Source: Ophelia neglecta (taxonomy: Eukaryota). From it: 64,000 nucleotides of DNA. Positions 13,561 through 27,400 of the stretch are shown one piece after another. Position 1 is the stretch's first letter; every line of letters starts with the position of its first letter. The stretch is taken from contig OZ260661.1 in NCBI GenBank assembly GCA_965285935.1, positions 85,746,001 to 85,810,000 on the forward strand, in the 5' to 3' direction. The position numbers and the translations under genes were made by a program. The notes beneath the pieces were generated by a model. It was not told where the DNA came from. It did not search any database and was given only the letters and a program-made list of their open reading frames with translations.

Positions 13561-15044
13561 AGCGCGAGCAGCACGTGGCGGGACACGGCAGGACTATGGG
13601 CGTCCACGCGTTGTCGCCAACAGCCCTGCACGCCTCATCACCAACTGCCATTTGCATACTTACAACCAGGAGAACAATACGCGAACAATAGAAGCAATTT
13701 AACGGGTCAAAGATGTCACAATCAGCTTTGTGTGAGGTCCATGCATGCAGTCAAATGAAAAACAACTTGGAATATGGCCATAAAATCTATGTAACCTTTG
13801 GCGTGCACAAGGGTGTGAGATTCGTGCAGGTCGACCGGGCATTCCATACACCTGATCTTTGAGGTTTATAACTGTAATTATAGCCTAATAGTTCCGTACA
13901 AAAACTCTATGACTGGACCTAGTCCTATGGACTAACCATGTTTGGCTACTCTGATGTGATATGTCAATAACTCCTTTATATTAGAATATCTATATATTAA
14001 CTATATAAACCTTTACCCTATGTTTCATTCTTGTTATCGGCTATAAGGATAGTGTATGCTGTGGTTAGGCCGAAGTGATAATTTGTTAATGAAGGGCGGG
14101 TTTCCCGGTGACGGGTTCCCTGCGGACGAGATTCTTAATGTATATCTATATATGTGAACCTTATTTGTAGAATTATGTAGAGCGCTATACTAACAGATAT
14201 AATAGTTACTAACGTCTACCCTCCCGCCCTATACCAATGTCAAATGCATGTTCTAGGAAGAAAACTTGGCACCTGCGGAACCAATTAAAACGCACTTCAT
14301 AAAGACCAAATAGGCCTATTTCATGCTTTGCAAAACGATTTTTCGTCGTCAAGATGTCTGATATGGGCCGCCTGAAGCATTAACCCCCCCCCCCCCTGTT
14401 AGATTGAAATGAACTAGTCTCGAGCAAGCTGCATACAACAAAATCACTGCTAGGCATATACTGACTTACATCTATTAAGTTTATTATTTTTTAATTGCCT
14501 TTGTAATGTTCGCCATGTTCATGCAAGAATACAGAGTTTTACTCGTATGAGCAAGATCTCAATAACCATTAGCCGAATATAATATATGACCTGGTCTATT
14601 GGTTACATATCTTCTTCTATGATCCAGCCTGTAGACCTGTAAACTAACATTACCTTTACCCACGCTTGTCTCGTTTACACGGCACGCAGTCATGTTTTGT
14701 TTTTTTATTAATCTGTATCATATTGATTGAACATTATCCCCAAACTTGGACATACGTTTCCTTTTGAGACGGACTACACATATATGTGTCCAAAATGTGA
14801 AGAAAAAAAGCGGCTGCACCATCATTGTCACGATAAAACAAGGCCTGAAGGAATATTCCTAGGCCTATATGTCAACATTTCCTGCTAATTGTCGACCCTG
14901 ACCTTGTTCCACATGACCTTGCCGAACGAATTTCTATCCAAGTTATTATGTTCTAATCTGATAACATGGACTGTGCGAACTTGTTTTTAGGCCGGGATGG
15001 TCTTGTGCTGAGTAAATGCTTGGCAAGTATAGGCTATTTATATT

Positions 15045-15165
15045 TCAACCGACCGACCCTTACATAAACCCATGTTTCTATTTCTTTTACCCGATCGACC
15101 GATCGACCCAATTTTCTTCAGCTGAAAATCGTGTGAACCATGGAATTGAAAAACCACCCCCTTAA
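15045..15165. repeat. Probable truncated MITE fragment with CCGACCGACCC-type repeats
   Basis: accgaccgaccc and cccgatcgaccgatcgaccc repeats ending in aaaaaccacccccttaa; no matching left TIR was found. Confidence 0.3.
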
Positions 15166-16258
15166 AGTTTCATCAAACAATTGAATATACATGTATAGGC
15201 CTATGTGTGAGCTGTAAGCCTGGGATATGAGAAAAGGGATCGAGACTTTATATTATCTTGATGACGCCTTGATAACCCGCTAGACGTTGAAGGTTGGTGC
15301 ATTCAAGTGGGTCTCATCTCCATAGCTGTGAGCTGATATGTGCTCCTTCACTTGTTCATCATGCAGTCGATAGCGTACATTGTGACCACAAGCAGGCTGA
15401 TTTCGGCCTATTCATCTTCCTCACTGCACCATCACCAGTTTTAAATGCGTGTAATCACCAAGAAAACTTTCAACCAACTCCGAAATCGAAACGCGGCATA
15501 CGGTTCGTCAAAGGCGGATGAGCCACTAAGTCCACCCAATTTAGTCCGTATGTAATTGATTTACGCGATTAAACAGAATGATGAGAGAGCCTTGATTCAA
15601 TAACAGCTAATAATGACGGAAGGGAAATGGTGGAGAGCTCTCATTTAAGGAGGGCAATGCCCGGACCCCGCAGTGAAAGCTCCACACCCGATAGCATTGT
15701 CTTTTAAATGGCTTTATCAGCATATGAAGTATCCCTGCAATCGAATTATCCAATTACAGAATAGGTGTGAAAATAGATTATTTGAGCGTTTGGCAAACCT
15801 GATAATCAAATCAGACATAGAAAATAAAGGAAAAATGTGGCAGTCTGCTGTGACTGGTTGTTGTGTGAGCTTTTAGGTGATGAATTGGGAGATTTTAAAT
15901 AAAGCCGTGACTTTCTTAGCACGGAGAATCTTATTAAATAATGACCGGAAGTTAACAGGATAAAACACATCGTCGAACCATAATTATTAAATCTATAATC
16001 AGACGACCAAATTAATGTTTACCTGAAAAATCTTCTAAACCAAGTGCATATAGGCCTATATATAGGAATGGCTTGCTATACTCAATTACTGTATAACTTC
16101 GTTCGAAAGTGTATGCCGACGATGGTTCCAAATTTGCAGGTTTTAAATCAATACATCTGTGCAAAATCCGAAGGTTTATAGCCTACCATGTGTATCCCAA
16201 ACCCAGATTGATACGTTCCGTTCAAATACTAGGGCAGCCTATATAGTCTATGTAGATA

Positions 16259-16438
16259 CAGTGAAACCTGTGTTTGTGGTCACCTGTGTAATAAGGCCAC
16301 CTGTCTTCTAAGGTCACTAAATAATTGTCTGGTCCCCACCAATGCCTGTGTTAAATGACCTGCCTATTAAGGTCACCTGTGTAAAATGGTCAGTTTTTTT
16401 CCAGTCCCTTGATTGACCTGATTAGACCGGTTTTACTG
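16259..16438. mobile_element. Tc1/mariner (pogo/Tigger-like) MITE, 180 bp, related to 11737-11921
   Basis: TIRs CAGTGAAACC...GGTTTTACTG with TA on both sides; internal GG(T/C)CACCTG repeats; shares the ccag(t/c)cccttg subterminal motif with the other MITE. Confidence 0.85.
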
Positions 16439-17395
16439 TATATAGGGCCTACATTTAGGTCTCTGTTCTTCGTGTATGTAACTACATTATTGGTATTAGG
16501 GATAAACATTATTTTAATGAGCTTCAAGTTAAGTTTATTTATTGAGTGTTCAAAATATGAATATACAGCTTTACTGTACAAGAATTTTAGGCCTATAAAC
16601 AATCAATTCCCTTTCTCCCTTATAAATCACAAATTTGTGCCTATATAGTATTGGCTACGTTATTTCTAACATGAGATTTCTCAGTAGTATGATTAAGGTG
16701 AGAGTTGGGAGGGATTTTAATTGGTGATTGTTGTGAGTGATGTGACCATGTTTCCCTTTGATGTAGAGGTAGGGGGCTGAAAGAGATATTTGTACATTGT
16801 GCCAGCCCACTCTCATTGCTTCTCCTCGGGGACCCGGTAATACTCCCCGTCCGTGCATACATCTCCCGCCGGTGAGAAGGCCAACTTTCACCTGGCCAAA
16901 ATTTAGTGAACTTTTTCGCTCTACCTGTCGTCCTATATCACCAGGGAATGGCTCTCTGTGACAGGCTACCAGAACGGGTGGCCCCTAGGGAGGGTGCGGA
17001 GAATGGTTATTGGGCCCGAGACACCGGCCCCCGACAGCTCCGAGCCAAAACAGCCACCAACCAGCTAAGGAATGGCAAGAGTAATAACACCGCACATTAG
17101 TTGATGGACGCTACAATGTGGTTTGCAAAGCCATTGATAAATGGCTTGTAAAGGTTTGGACACAGCAGTTCTCTTTATGGAGTGTGACGTCTTGGCACGA
17201 TGTCCAGAACTTGTCCGTCCTTTTCCAAACAATGATCGTAAGTCTGCCATTTGTTAAGCAGGGAACGCACCAAGTACTCCCGCGCTATCACAGCACACCA
17301 ATTCGATATTCAATCGGAGCAACTCTGGAAAGCTCCTAGAAACAATGCAATGAAGTCCTCTTGTCACGTGCATTCTTTTGGGATAGTTATACCGT

Positions 17396-17599
17396 CAGTG
17401 ACCGATCCAGGATTTCAGTAAGGGGGAGGGGGGCAAATTTTCCAAAGTTGACAAGGCCAATGTCTGGATTGTCCCCGGTACCAACCCTCTGAAACCACCT
17501 TGCGTAGGTCCGAAAATGGGCCCTGGTCCGGGCCCACTTTTTGGCAAAAGGAGGGGCACGGGACCCCCTACCCCCCCCCCCCCCCCCAATCCGTCACTG
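17396..17599. mobile_element. Non-autonomous DNA transposon (MITE), 204 bp, with 5-bp TSD
   Basis: TIRs CAGTGACCGAT / ATCCGTCACTG (1 mismatch in 11), internal G-run and C-run, and an exact ACCGT duplication at 17391-17395 and 17600-17604. Confidence 0.8.
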
Positions 17600-19919
17600 A
17601 CCGTAAAATCTGTTCCCTTAATCATTTAAAAAGTGCATTAAAAGTATTCTTTATTTTCAGCATTCTTTGCGCTCTTGCAGGTTTCGGACGTACCGGCAGT
17701 GACGCACGTCAACTGATACTCAAAAACTCATCTTTTCTTTCATTTACATTTTCCCCGGATCGACATATACTGATAGTCTATAGGCAAAGTGTTTGCACGT
17801 GAAATGCCAAGTTTTGTCGGTAATGGTTGACGAGAGAAAGTTAATCATCCCTCACTTAAACGACAAAATATTTTTGTCGCGCGGTTTCTGAACGATCCTC
17901 TAACATAACGCAGGACAGATAGGTGGTGAAACGTGTAACTGTTCGGTCTCATCATGTATTAGGCCTATGCTAAACATTGTTTTTGGGCTAATTAAGGCAA
18001 ACGGCCACGTTTCATTTGAAATTTTGGATCGGCATTATGTCTGTCAAAAAATAGGAATTAAAAAGAAGCAAGGCCTACCCTACAATCTGTCAACTGTTTC
18101 AAATATACCTTCACTGTCCCGAATGATAACGCAATTGGAGGAATTGATTTAATTGTAGGCCCCTTAATAATATTGGGTTTTTTTCTTTCATCATTTAAGA
18201 TATCTTGGGGGAAAGGCATAATTTTGAAGCTTCTTGATTTCCTGTGCACCCAATATGACGAAAGCTTTGGCGGTCATTATGTAAGCGGTACATCAATAAC
18301 CGAACATATCTATGGAAGACCGCCAAACGTTTAAGATTTGCCTAACTGCCGCATGGCTTGAGGCAATAAAGCATATTCCAAGACTATAATTATTTTCGTT
18401 CAAAGTTGATAGGGAGTTTTAAGGTAATTTTTTCAAATTGGGTAGGTCTAATGAAATGCTAAACATAATAACTCTAACACAATAACCTGGACTGGACACA
18501 AAAATGATCACTGACTGTATATATATATATATAGGTCTAATTGATAATGTTAGTAAAGCCGCGCGGCTAGTTACGTTGCTTGCTGACCTCTTGTCGTCCA
18601 CTCGGATGTCTTAATAGCTTGAAATCAATCCAAGAAAACCAAAAGATACTTCTTAGTGTGTGCTTCATGAAGAATATGTTGCCTCCTAGTAGCTATATCC
18701 ACAATTGCCTTTTTGGTCGTAGAGGAAAGACTTTAGGGTATTATCTGGCGATTCAATGGAATCAAGTAAATGCCCTCGGTATGCTTTGATGGGTGCATAG
18801 ACCAGGAAAGCTTTTTAAGTGCCAGACTCCTTGTGACACAAAGGATTGGTGTTAGATTATAGGTATAAGGTCATATATCTGGGTGTACCCTTTGATGTTA
18901 AAGATACGTTGTGCTCCTCACTCCCAAATGGCCATTTGAGGGATTTGCTGGCTTGCAGTTAGCTTCCGTCTGTCACCATGGGTGATGTCGTGTCTCGATA
19001 GACGACCAGATACCACAGCCGCTTGTTAAAATATGTACAATCGGGATCATCCAGCCTTCCCGGCAGACCAATTAAGGCCATTTCATCTCTTTGCTCTGGG
19101 TTTTCTGATGCTGCCACCAAGCTCCCTAAAGCTTTCAAAACTGGCCCAAACGGACTAAAGCCAGCAAAGGACTCGGCCGGAAATGGCTTCATCGCCAGGA
19201 AAAGGATAAAGACAGGTTGGCTGCGGTTTGTACCCGTGTTAATGTTGTCTTGTGGCGAGAAAATGGTAGGAAACTGACACAGATACATCAAATGTGTTTA
19301 TCATTTCCCGTAGTGTAGCTAAAAATATGTCTTTTGAAACAAACAGGTGACCATGCAATTTATGGCCTATATAGCTATATTCATGTGGTCTACCTGCTAA
19401 TTATATGAAGCACAAAAAGCTAATATCCATCCAGGCCTATGTATCGGGCGCAAATCCAGACACAAACCCTTGGTAGAAAGAATATCGTATATGCATTAGT
19501 GCATATTATCAACACCCACACATGTATAGACCCTTCTCTGACATTCCCTGCAAAGTGCCTACAAGAGCATGGGTTTAAGGGACCCATGGACACCCACTGC
19601 AAGCCCTTACATTTCTCCGAAGTACATGATATTTTGTCCTGGGACGGCTTTCTGTATGACCCTAGGGGTGTCTTGTCTTTCATGGCATAACTAATTACTG
19701 TGTGTCCCCACGATCAAAAACTGATTTACCGAATGAATATGAAGAAAAGGCTGTATTGGACATTGTATCTGTCTTTAAAAGTTACTTTGGGTGGTTAACA
19801 ACATCTATATGATATGAGATATAAATATGATAGTTATAAACGATTTAGATGGGACGCTATAAGATTGCCTTTTCTACACCAACAAACCTTGTATTAGTTG
19901 CCTATGAGCACTCCTATGC

Positions 19920-21450
19920 CCACAATGATGGTGAGAGTACTCTGACAGCCGAGCGCCTGCCGGCATGGCTCGGAGTTAGAGCCGTACGTGTTCGGGCCAT
20001 CGCTTCCTGAAGACTTTCAGAAAGAGCCCACATTTGCATGAGTCGCTGCCGGCACATCGTCCAACAAGTGAGCGAGCCACAGCATTGGAAACACTGTCCT
20101 TAATTTTCCATGACATGAAATATCACTTGTGATTCCAATATCCTTAACCTCGAATAACTGTAATAAAATTGGGCAGTGTCACGCGACGGCCTTGTCCTGA
20201 TCAGTGGCGTGAAGGAATCCCGGAGTGCTGAAAGCGTTCCCTTCGACTGCTATTGTCGGCATACCGGGAAAGCCGATCGCCAATTTGAAACTCTTAGTGG
20301 CAGCCTTTTGCGTCTCTGAAACAGGGCAACAACGCTAAGTGCTCTAAAAGAATCTCATAACAAGACACAAGGGCCACACGACAAGACAGCTTTAAGGATA
20401 ACCCTCTAACGTTGTCCTTTCATGGTTCGAACGCCAGTCTGCAAGGTCAACAAGAAACCTCGCCTAAAACGCCTTCCAACATAGATACAAGTAAAGCGAT
20501 TTGAGAAACATCCTTAAGCTGTGTCAGTGAGTCCTTATATATACTCTGGAAATGACATGTCTTCGAAAGTTTTTCTTACCAAAATGAAGGGTGGAATATT
20601 GGTTTAGCCTAAGGCTACAATCGTTTCCTTCTGCTGACAGTTTCTTTAAACAACGCCTTCTTTTCTTTGCTGGTCTAATATCGAGACACTGGCAAAGTTA
20701 GACGTTTCATGTAATACCTTGGAAAACACGTATACGAAACTTCTCGCAAACGTAGCACCCCGATTAGTTAATTGAATAAGGCAAACCTCACTGAAATCGA
20801 CAAAGAAATACCAAACAACTTGGAGCAATAGTTACGGATGCCTCGGTTCACGTCCTCTTTTATTGTGACACAATAAAACAGGTAAAGGCGGAGGAAGTCT
20901 CGGGCTGTATATAGGCCAGACGAGAGCTGTGAAGATTGGACATCAGTCACATCCACGGGGAGTTTGCCGTGAGGTCTCGATAGTGAGGGCTGGAGAGCAG
21001 GTTGCTGTCAGTATGCATGGCTTGTGCTTGCTTTAATACAGGCATCCTAATCCGATTAACCTGAGACCGGGGGCCCGTACCAGGCAGGCAGGTTTTCTTA
21101 ACTCTGCATCTCCACTCCTCCATTGTGACGGCCGTCTGATTCATGGACTGGGAAATTCCGGGAAATAAGTGTTAAATGCTATACGGACCAGCGTTGTCGG
21201 TGGAAATTGGAGGCGCTATATTTTTGTGTTAATTAGATTTGTTTTGTCAGTATGTGTGCATGGAGTGGTCAAGTGTCAATTTGCCTGCGCCGAGTCTGCT
21301 CGAGCTCACCCAGTACCAACTCTTTTTATTGAAAACCGATTACGCCGTAAAATAAGAATATTCGATTTTCTTCCCAGAAATGAAGACAAATGGAATCAGG
21401 CCGGATACATACATATCAACATTCGTATTTCAACCACATGGGTCGATAGT
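19920..21450 (+). promoter_or_regulatory. CpG-rich putative promoter / 5' regulatory region at the edge of the CpG-depleted domain
   Basis: About 33 CpG in 19921-20520 versus about 4 in 59041-59640 (hand count). TATATATA at 20536-20543, donor-like CAG|GTAAAG at 20882, and an overlapping kB/STAT consensus at 21150-21164. The TSS position is inference. Confidence 0.35.
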
Positions 21451-24400
21451 ACACTAAAGGTCTACAATCCAATTCCTTGACTGACAGACCACACAAAAAT
21501 CATCCTATTTCGTGTCAGTTAATAAAAATAGATGACACGTTTGTATAAATCTTTAGTCAAATGAATGAAAACTTATGTTTCTGCACGGTGATTGAAGGCA
21601 CTGTGAACATCTCAGATCTTCCACTACCATGCCCAGACGACTTTTAGCTTACTTACACTTTTTACACTAACAATTGCTAACATGTAAATAAAAACACATT
21701 AGACCTAGTGTCCTACATGTTTTTAAAATGGCAATTTTTTAACAAATGTGGTCCTGCACTAAGAAGATAAATTGTTAACTATTAGTAATATATGTCGGCA
21801 TGCTTGAATGGGGACTTCTGACTCCGCTCTTGTTGGCTTGATTGCCAATAACAATACACTTTTTGTGTAGATTTATGAAATTAATTGCATTATCTGGCGC
21901 TGTAACTTGTCATTGAACTAAAGCGTATGAAGGCCATGGTCAGTAGTGCAGAACCCCGAGGACAGGCTTACCTATCAGCATTTAGTATATAGACACAAAT
22001 ATCCAACTAATAGTTAAACACACCCATCTTTATAACTAACTTAAGTGTACTTACCAATCATTAATAACGTATTCAAAGCATTGTGTGATTACGACCGTCA
22101 TTGTCAACGAGGTATTAAACAAATAGTTACTTGTTTTCAGCAGAGCGAGAGCCTTGGTTTGGTTGCAGTAACAAAGTGAGCAAACAATACCTGTTAGTTA
22201 TGTTACCATTTGCATAAGTTTTGTGCCCATTTGCTGGGCCGGAAGGATGATTTAGTGCCTATATTATGAAAAGGTCTTGACATCAAGAAGCTGAAATTGA
22301 AAGGAAATCCTTGAGTCTACCTCTTCTGTCTCTATATAGGTTTGTTTTAGAGGTTTTTATCAATATGTATGTTTGCTTGCATGGAAAAGACGAGTCTTTG
22401 TCCTTTGTGTAAGGATATTATATATACTTAGCTATGCAACTTATAGCAGGCAGAAGAGAAATAAAGTAGTCTTTATCCTGATAAAATATTACCTGTCGAA
22501 ATATGACATGCCTTTCAATTAGTGAAGCCTATGGTGCAGATTGCATACTTTTCAAACTAGGAGAAAATTGTCTTTCTGATCTTTCACCAACCCAATTGAA
22601 CATAGTAGAGTTTGATTCAAAGACAGATGTTTTTTGGTCACCTGTATTTCAGTCAAAAGCCCAGCAGGTGGTCGGTAAAGAAATTAACACATTCATCTAA
22701 CAGCTTCATTTAAACTTACCATTGAAATTTGTAACCTTTTTGATGATTAGTTACATGTTTTAGAACTACATGAAGGTAGTATCAATCATAAACTTGCCAA
22801 TTTGAGTTGGGCTTCTCACCTACTTTGAGGGTTATGAGAAAACTGTTTGATTACCCAGTATATGTATTGGTGCCATATGACCTTTTAGAAATGGACATTA
22901 CATCTTAGAACCATCCATTATCTCTCTGTACATTGAAGCTGTAATAACAACATTGACTAGATGCAAAATGACACATAGAAATGATGGCAGATTTATATGC
23001 GATGTATCTTCCCTAAGTTGCAGCACACTAAGACGGGTAGACCTGGCTCTATCATTCACTATTAACCTGACTACAAATTAATCAATCTACCATAGAATAT
23101 GAAAGACATCTCATCAATCACTTGTGTTTACTCCAGTGATTTCCTTCAATTTCATTTTGACCAGGGCATGAGGAAATTATTCAAATTTGCCCGCCACCAA
23201 ACTGAGTTGCATGCGATACAATCAGTCACCCGAAATAGCCAGCTTGACCTCCTTAATGCAAAGGGACTATTTAGAGTCTGACACCAGAAAATTTTGTCTT
23301 TTATCATATTTCTGCGGATCTCATTCAGACATGATAAATTGGTGTGGATAAGATAACATTGCCACATTAGGGAGCTCCAGTGTGTCCAAATTAGCGACAT
23401 TCTTTTATGGGATGCACCATTATTGAATGTAGCATTGTCCAAGGCCGAAATTCTTTGAATTAAAGGAGCACTTGAGAGTAGGATTCGTCACAATACACTG
23501 GAATTTGCTGGCATGATAATTAGATATAATTCAGCATAATACTCAGCCTTACAAGTAATAACAGGAGGAGGACTTGGAAGATTTAAAGTCCACAGGACTT
23601 CACAGGCCCAGAAGGACAGCAGTAATTCCATTTCATAACAAATCACCATTCCTAATCCTTCTGAGATTATTAACACTTTGCTAGAGAAGAGATAATTTGA
23701 TGAAACAGGGAGGTATTACTCGGATCATGATTATGAATTTATTCTGAAGAGTTAAATTTTTATTGGATTTCCCACTGTGCTGATATTAAATTGTACAGAG
23801 GTTTGACTGGCTCCCCTGACTGATGGCAGGATAATTCTTCTGGTGGCTGGTGAGACTAGGCCCATCCACTGCCTACTGTCTTTGCTGTTACATTATTACC
23901 ATCTAGAGTACATTATGGACCATCTCTATTATATTCGTCTAGCTAACCATAGCCCATTAACTAACTGATCAAGTCACTTAACCCATTACCTGTTCCCTGG
24001 CTGTGTATATTTCTAGAGTTCACAGAAAACATTGAGGTCTATAGAGTGAGGGTGTCAAATTACTTTGTTTTTCATTCAAATATCTTCATCTGTTTGATTA
24101 AGAATAATGAACAGATTTCACATAAATATTTATATACTACTTAGATATTCATAGGAGGCAAGCCATCAAAGAACAGTATTTTGCCAAATATAATTGTATG
24201 TTACAAATAAAGCCAGCCAGTAAAGAGTTATAGGGCTATAAACTGAAATTAGGTTTAGGATTATTATTGAATAACAGCTATAAAATATTTTATGTATTTG
24301 AATACAACTACATGGCTGTTTTGACCTTAAGTTTACTTTCCAATCATCTTCCTTTGATGTCCAAATTATGTTTGTTTGAATGTCACTTTGATTGACTGAT

Positions 24401-27400
24401 GAACATAGTGCAGATCATTAGCATTGCAAATTATGTGTACTGGTAATATAATCTTAATGTCGAGTTGGAGTTTTAATCCCAGATCAAGCTTTAGCAAGAT
24501 ATTGACTTGATCAAAAATTTTTTATTACATCGCGGTTTAAGCCTGTTTCTCGTGATTTTAATGAGGCATCAACTTTAGGAACATGTATCATCTGTGAGGT
24601 TGGCATTCACAATCATATCCCAATGAACATTATATGAAAAAATATACTAAGGGTTCCAGGTTCTCTGAAAGATGAAATGCCTATAACATTTCAAATTTTA
24701 CTGAATTGCCAGGATCCCAACAGTTTACTCTTTCTATTTTAGTTCATAAATATATATGTAGAAATCCACCACTACCCCCCCCCCCCCATACCCCCCCCCC
24801 CAACCCCGCCACATCCGTGGATAGACAGGTTCTCGGCATACTGCTGACCAATGTACATCAGCTAAAGGGGCTGACTCAGCCTCGGGGCCAACTGTGTCAC
24901 AGGGAAATAACTGTTTTAATTATCCATCAAGATAATCAATTATTGGGCTTCATTATTTCTAGCCGATTCACAAGCTGCAGGTTGACCGTCCCTGAATCAA
25001 ATGTTCAGACAGCAGGATAAGGGTGGGCCATGGAAGATCTGGCTGCTGAAATTAAATTGATCACATTAATCTAATTATACCCAATACATGAGAGACAAAA
25101 TTTCATATGAAATTTGACAACAGCTGGCTATATTATAGGCAAGTAGCTGTTTTAAAGATCTACCCTTGATGTTGCTTGTTTTCTGTGTTTTCACTCGCTA
25201 TAAAAGCAACACTTGGTTTGAATGCTCTGTGGCCTTCACACACTGACAGTTGCCTTTTAAATCTAAAATACAGCACTCCAAAGAATATGCGTGTACCTGG
25301 AGGGTGTGTTCAGCAGACAGTAATACATGTTGGTAGCTTCGATTCTCTCTGCCAGGACAACAACACAATTTCACATTGAGGACGGCCATTAATATTATAA
25401 TGATGCCTGAGCCATGAAACCTTCCATAAGTGGCCCCCTCTGTATCATTATAGGAGTTTTATTCTTACCGGATATTTGCGAAATTTGTCTGTTTTAGTAC
25501 CATTCACTTTATGCTCTATGGGTTTTACATACTTGAATGACAGTTTATGTATTGCTAGTGTAGAGCGATTATTTTAGGGAGGAGATACACAAGTCGTAGA
25601 GATACAATCGCCTAATAATACAGAAACTACTCATAATGCATTATTCAGAGATGACTAGCATGTAAGCTCCATCCTATTGGAGGAGAAAAGGTACAGCTAG
25701 GCAAAAAGCTTCTTGGCACAGCAAGCAGGTCTCTATGTACAAGAGGCTATAAATTATAAAACAACTAAATACCATTGACCAGGCAGATGTTCTATAACAA
25801 TTGGTAGTAATTTTACACCTGATTACAATAACCAACAGGTAAAAGATGAAAAATTGAACTGGAAAGTTCTAAATTGATGAATTTCCACTACCTTATCTTT
25901 TCATCCAACTATGGCATACAGTATATCATGCCCTGGGTATGAATTGTTGTCTGAATGACATGACGTATGCATTCTAAAGTTAACACCTGTACACCACCAT
26001 TGAGGACAGAAGGACCTAACCGACAACCTACCAGTGACCAGTAAATGATATATTTTGTTTGTGTTATGCAGAAATCTGCGATCTAGTTCCAACTAGGCCT
26101 ATACAGTTTGAGTGGTCAGATAATATCTACTGAACCATCCACAGTGACATATTGGAATGATCAAAAGGACAGATGAAACCCAGCTGATATCACGTGATTA
26201 AGGATTTTATTTTTTGGTACTGATTTAATGATTCATCTATTATAAATACCATACAATATTTTAATTTTGTTGTCCTTGATTTTTGTGCGATTTTGGAGCA
26301 CATATTATACACCGTTCTTTGCAGTGTAGTTGTATAATAACATGACCATAATAGCACACCATTCATGCTTCCTATCATGTTTGCCCGCTTTTATTTTGTG
26401 CTCTGGCCTACATTTGCACAATTTTTGGGAGTGCAAACCAGTATATTGAAAATTTTATGCGTCAAATAAAACTGAATTAAAGTAGGCCATATCTGAAAAG
26501 GTGTTCGCCCCGATTTTACACAGTAAGCACTAGCAAGGTACACGATTCTCCTGAATGCACATTATTTAATCCGCTCACAATGCCCTAATGAAATGGAGGT
26601 GGCATTATTCACCTGTCCAGCCACCACTAATGCCCTCAGTACAAAGGCTTGTGTTCCAGCTGGTCATAAAAAAATACAATATGGGGAAGAAAGCTATTTT
26701 GACAATCGGTTAGAGATTGTTAACCAGATTTCTGGCAGGTCAGTTTAATGGCATGGCAGCACTTCATTCAGAGCTTGAAAAGCCATCTATAAAAGTTAAC
26801 TTTGTGAGAATGGGTAAGTGGCAATACCACATTGCCTACTTCCTAGATTAACCATGTGAATGTGACAGGTCTTGTTAAAATTATGGGGTACAGATTTACA
26901 GAGAAGTAAGCTCAACTATAGTTAACTTAATCAGAAAGACTCAACTTTCATATGATGGACAGATATCATTTTGTTCTGTTATTACAGAAATAACAAGCTG
27001 AATAATGCTTTGTGTGGGTAATAACAATTTATTTGAATATGGGGGTTCTCTTTTAGTTCCTCTGAAGCATACTATTTGTTGCTTATACCATTTTGTATAA
27101 GACAGGGTAGGATAATATTATCTGAAAAACCTATCTTTTTAGTTTTTAAAGTCCCTCTTATGGTTTTAAATTTCATGACAATTGGGAAAGATAACAGTTC
27201 TCATATTACCAGACAGAGTGTCAAATTGCTGCAGGAGTGCAAGGTAAAAGATATTATCATACCTAAATCAAAAAAGTCCCACATAAAAATTCTTTTTCAT
27301 CTAGTAAGAAAAGTAATGAAAACAATGACCAGCTTGTCTTTAGTATGTATAACACATGATTCATAAAGAGTAGATTTATAACATACATATTGTACAAGAA

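Noticed and set aside
21143-21168. Phase-2 mini first exon MDWEIPGN-N
   Set aside because: The donor AA|GTGTTA is very poor.
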